From NCBI GenBank assembly GCA_950097015.1, contig CATNEN010000038.1, positions 33,728,001 to 33,792,000 of the forward strand: DNA of 64,000 bases, read 5' to 3'. The notes under the pieces were generated by a model that worked only from the letters and a program-made list of their open reading frames with translations, was not told where the DNA came from and ran no database searches. A program made the translations under genes and the position numbers. This document shows, piece after piece, positions 61,287 to 64,000 of the stretch (position 1 is the first letter of the stretch; every line of letters begins with the position of its first letter). This stretch comes from Macrostomum hystrix (Eukaryota > Animalia > Platyhelminthes).

Positions 61287-64000
61287 ATGAGTCTAAACGA
61301 CCTGAATGCATTTGTTGTTGTTCGCTTCAATGAAACTGAAGAAATTGAAATCGTTCGTCGTTCCTGGCTTCAGGGCAGCGACAGCGTCTTGTGCCCTCCC
61401 CTGAAAAAGTTCAAGGCTTGCTTGACAAACCAGTCGAAGTCAGTCCCAGACGATAGTTGGTTGCCTTACAAAGTCGACATCATTGGATCGAGAGGTGAGT
61501 TTATGTGCTAATGCAGAATTATTTTCAAATAGGTAGATTATATATGATATGCCTATGATTACATATGAAGCCAGTCTTAAGTGCAATTATTGTACTATTT
61601 TCTTGTATACATTAGAAAAAAGTACTTCAATGTGGCTCCTATTATCTACATCGGGGGGTTGATATTTTTTCTTGTTTAATTAGATGTGGGATGACTAAGT
61701 CCCACGTGAAAGCGAATTTTCATAGCTAATAATAAAGGATGTAATTTTATATAGTGTACATGTACATGTGTCTATTCCCCTTCATGCAGATCAATTTCCC
61801 GCTGCTGTCTACCTGCGGAAGCGGTACGAGAGTCGGGAAGAAGTTGATTCTACTGATATAGATGCTCCACGAAGAATTCAATTTGTCGACCACTATTACA
61901 ATGAGAATTTCGACATTGAGACTCGAAAAACCGGCCGAAAGAGAACGACAAAGAGCAAATCCTCTACACTGGGTAACAGCCGGAGTGCTGGACAGTCGTC
62001 AGCGCCACCAAAGTTTCAACCTGATGGCACGAGGCCACCTTTGACAATAAGCAGCAGTTCGAATTTGGCTTCCATCCAACATGAAGCCATCTTGGCAAGC
62101 GCAGTTCATGCTACTACATCGAGTCTGAGCCCGTTTTCACAGTCTTCTTGTGGCAGCTTCAGCACCAGCACCAATTTAGCTGCATCTGCCGCGGCCTCTC
62201 CGATGGGGCATGGAATCCAGCACCATCCTGCTTCTGCTGCATCTGCCGCGGCCTCTCCGATGGGGCATGGAATCCAGCACCATCCTGCTTCTGCTGCAGC
62301 TGCCGCGGCCTCTCCGATGGGGCATGGAATCCAGCACCATCCTGCTTCTGCTGCAGCTGCCGCGGCCTCTCCGATGGGGCATGGAATCCAGCACCATCCT
62401 GCTTCTGCTGCATCTGCCGCGGCCTCTCCGATGGGGCATGGAATCCAGCACCATCCTGCTTCTGCTGCAGCTGCCGCGGCCTCTCCGATGGGGCATGGAA
62501 TCCAGCACCATCCTGCTTCTGCTGCAGCTGCCGCGGCCTCTCCGATGGGGCATGGAATCCAGCACCATCCTGCTTCTGCTGCAGCTGCCGCGGCCTCTCC
62601 GATGGGGCATGGAATCCAGCACCATCCTGCTTCTGCTGCAGCTGCCGCGGCCTCTGCGATTGGCGTTTACGACGCGAGCCGTGCAGACATATTGGACTTT
62701 CTAGTGACAGCCGTGCGGCGGATTGAAAGTAAGCCAGCTAAAAAAATTTCTTTCGCTACTGAGGCGCTGATATAAGAAAATTTAGAAGTTCTAATCCGAG
62801 CTCTTCATTTCCAGAATTAAGTAAAGTTACGATTTAAATTAAAATGGCGTAATGCACTATTAAACATTCAGCTCCGCATGATTCTGAGTTTTGCTGCGAT
62901 TTACACTTTTTAATTTGTACTTAACGTTTCGGAGGTTCATCTGGTTTGTATAGAGAATAATCTATTTGAGTCACTAACTGACTATTATCCCTGACTGGCT
63001 GATACATCTTCTCGATAATTTTCTTCATTTTAGCAACCCAGCGCGCGATGCATGGTGCGATTTGTGGCCTGGCTACAGAGGTGAAAGACTTTCACCTGCA
63101 GTTTCTTGCTCTGCAGAACTCTTCGTCTCGTAGTACAGGTGCAAACTCCAGCAATGCCCAGCACGGCCAACAGCCAACCGACAGGCCTATACTTCAAGAT
63201 CTGCCATTTACCGAAGTCGATAAACTGACTGAGTGGGCCACACGACTAACAAGTGATCGAGGCTGCTTAAATGATGCAGTGAGTGCTAGTATTTTTGTAT
63301 GATTTTTATCATTGCACGATTTACAAAAGCGACTGGATGCCGCTTAACTGCCGCATGTATTTTATGAGAGAATATAACACATTACAAGACATGACTATTA
63401 ATGTGTAATGTCTTGTAGTTTATTAATTCAATTTCTAGTCTACCATTCGAATTCATTCCACACATTTCAGTTTCTGTTCTTCAAGCGGCTTACCAGCAAA
63501 ACTCTAATGAAGTCCGTCGCTAATATCTTATACCACATCATGGATGACAAGCTTGCTCATCAGTTCAGTCTCCGTGGTGCCAAGCGTTCTGGCGTTTCCA
63601 AGTATTGCTTTGAGTCAACTGGCCTGCTGCCTTTTATCAAAAGTAAGCAACATAATGGTGCTTAGGATTTTGTCTCTTCTATGATAAAATGTGTATTTAA
63701 GCTGCTTAGTTAAATATATATCAATTCTGTACGTCCATATCTAGATACTAATCTACTTTGGGTAAGCAAAACTAATGGGCAGTATTTACCTACTTTTAGA
63801 CGTCGTGTGGAGTGTTCACAAAGACGCCAAAGGCGAGGCCATTGAATCCGCGGTGGGCGAACATCTGCGCCACTCAGGCACTCGGTTCCGCCGAAAAAGG
63901 TGCTCACAGCAGTCCGCACAGCGTCCGACTGGAGAACTTCGGAACTCGGCTGCAGGCCCAAGGAGCACTCGGCAAAGCGGAGGTGACGGCGCAGACATGA
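61287..64000 (+). CDS. EnSpm accessory gene, multi-exon, DUF4806-like C-terminus; runs off the window
   Basis: Exons ~61287-61493 (FVVVRF..IEIVRRSW), 61790-62728, 63034-63278, 63471-63641 (ILYHIMDDKLAHQFSLRG) and 63800 onward. Confidence 0.7.
62179..62656 (+). repeat. 57-bp coding tandem repeat x8
   Basis: Unit encodes ASAA(A/S)AAASPMGHGIQHHP; units differ only at one T/G site. Confidence 0.97.

Noticed and set aside
62148-62726. Cys-rich and other alternative-frame ORFs over the 57-bp repeat
   Set aside because: Open only because the unit lacks stops; splice context supports the Ala/His frame.

Overview
Eukaryotic (animal-like) transposon nest with no recognisable host gene. Reconstructable nesting: (i) a P-element/THAP9-type transposon (1246-13122; 32-bp TIRs, 8-bp TSD TATTCCAT) whose transposase is split by a CMC/EnSpm element (2550-7533, TSD TT) and a Mag-like Gypsy element (8126-12251, identical 215-bp LTRs, TSD GAAAC); (ii) EnSpm 13300-22267 (TSD TA) carrying an IS630/Tc1-mariner element and a probable solo LTR; (iii) EnSpm 26388-36185 (TSD GT) with an apparently intact 3-exon BEN-like accessory gene, inserted into an exon of an older EnSpm-type gene; (iv) two more EnSpm elements (~38-41 kb, ~58-64 kb); (v) a Polinton/adintovirus-like fragment (pPolB, rve integrase, PLA2, RING) whose PLA2 gene is split by piggyBac; (vi) a Gypsy gag fragment and a 3' LINE fragment. 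The least explained component is a ~2.3-kb non-coding repeat present three times in the same orientation, always inside EnSpm-type sequence. It has a highly conserved core with tRNA/Pol III-like motifs and an exchangeable right arm. In copy 3 the arm carries a 3-exon microgene and a 22-nt exact match to the neighbouring Polinton integrase. All calls are by eye; no searches were run.
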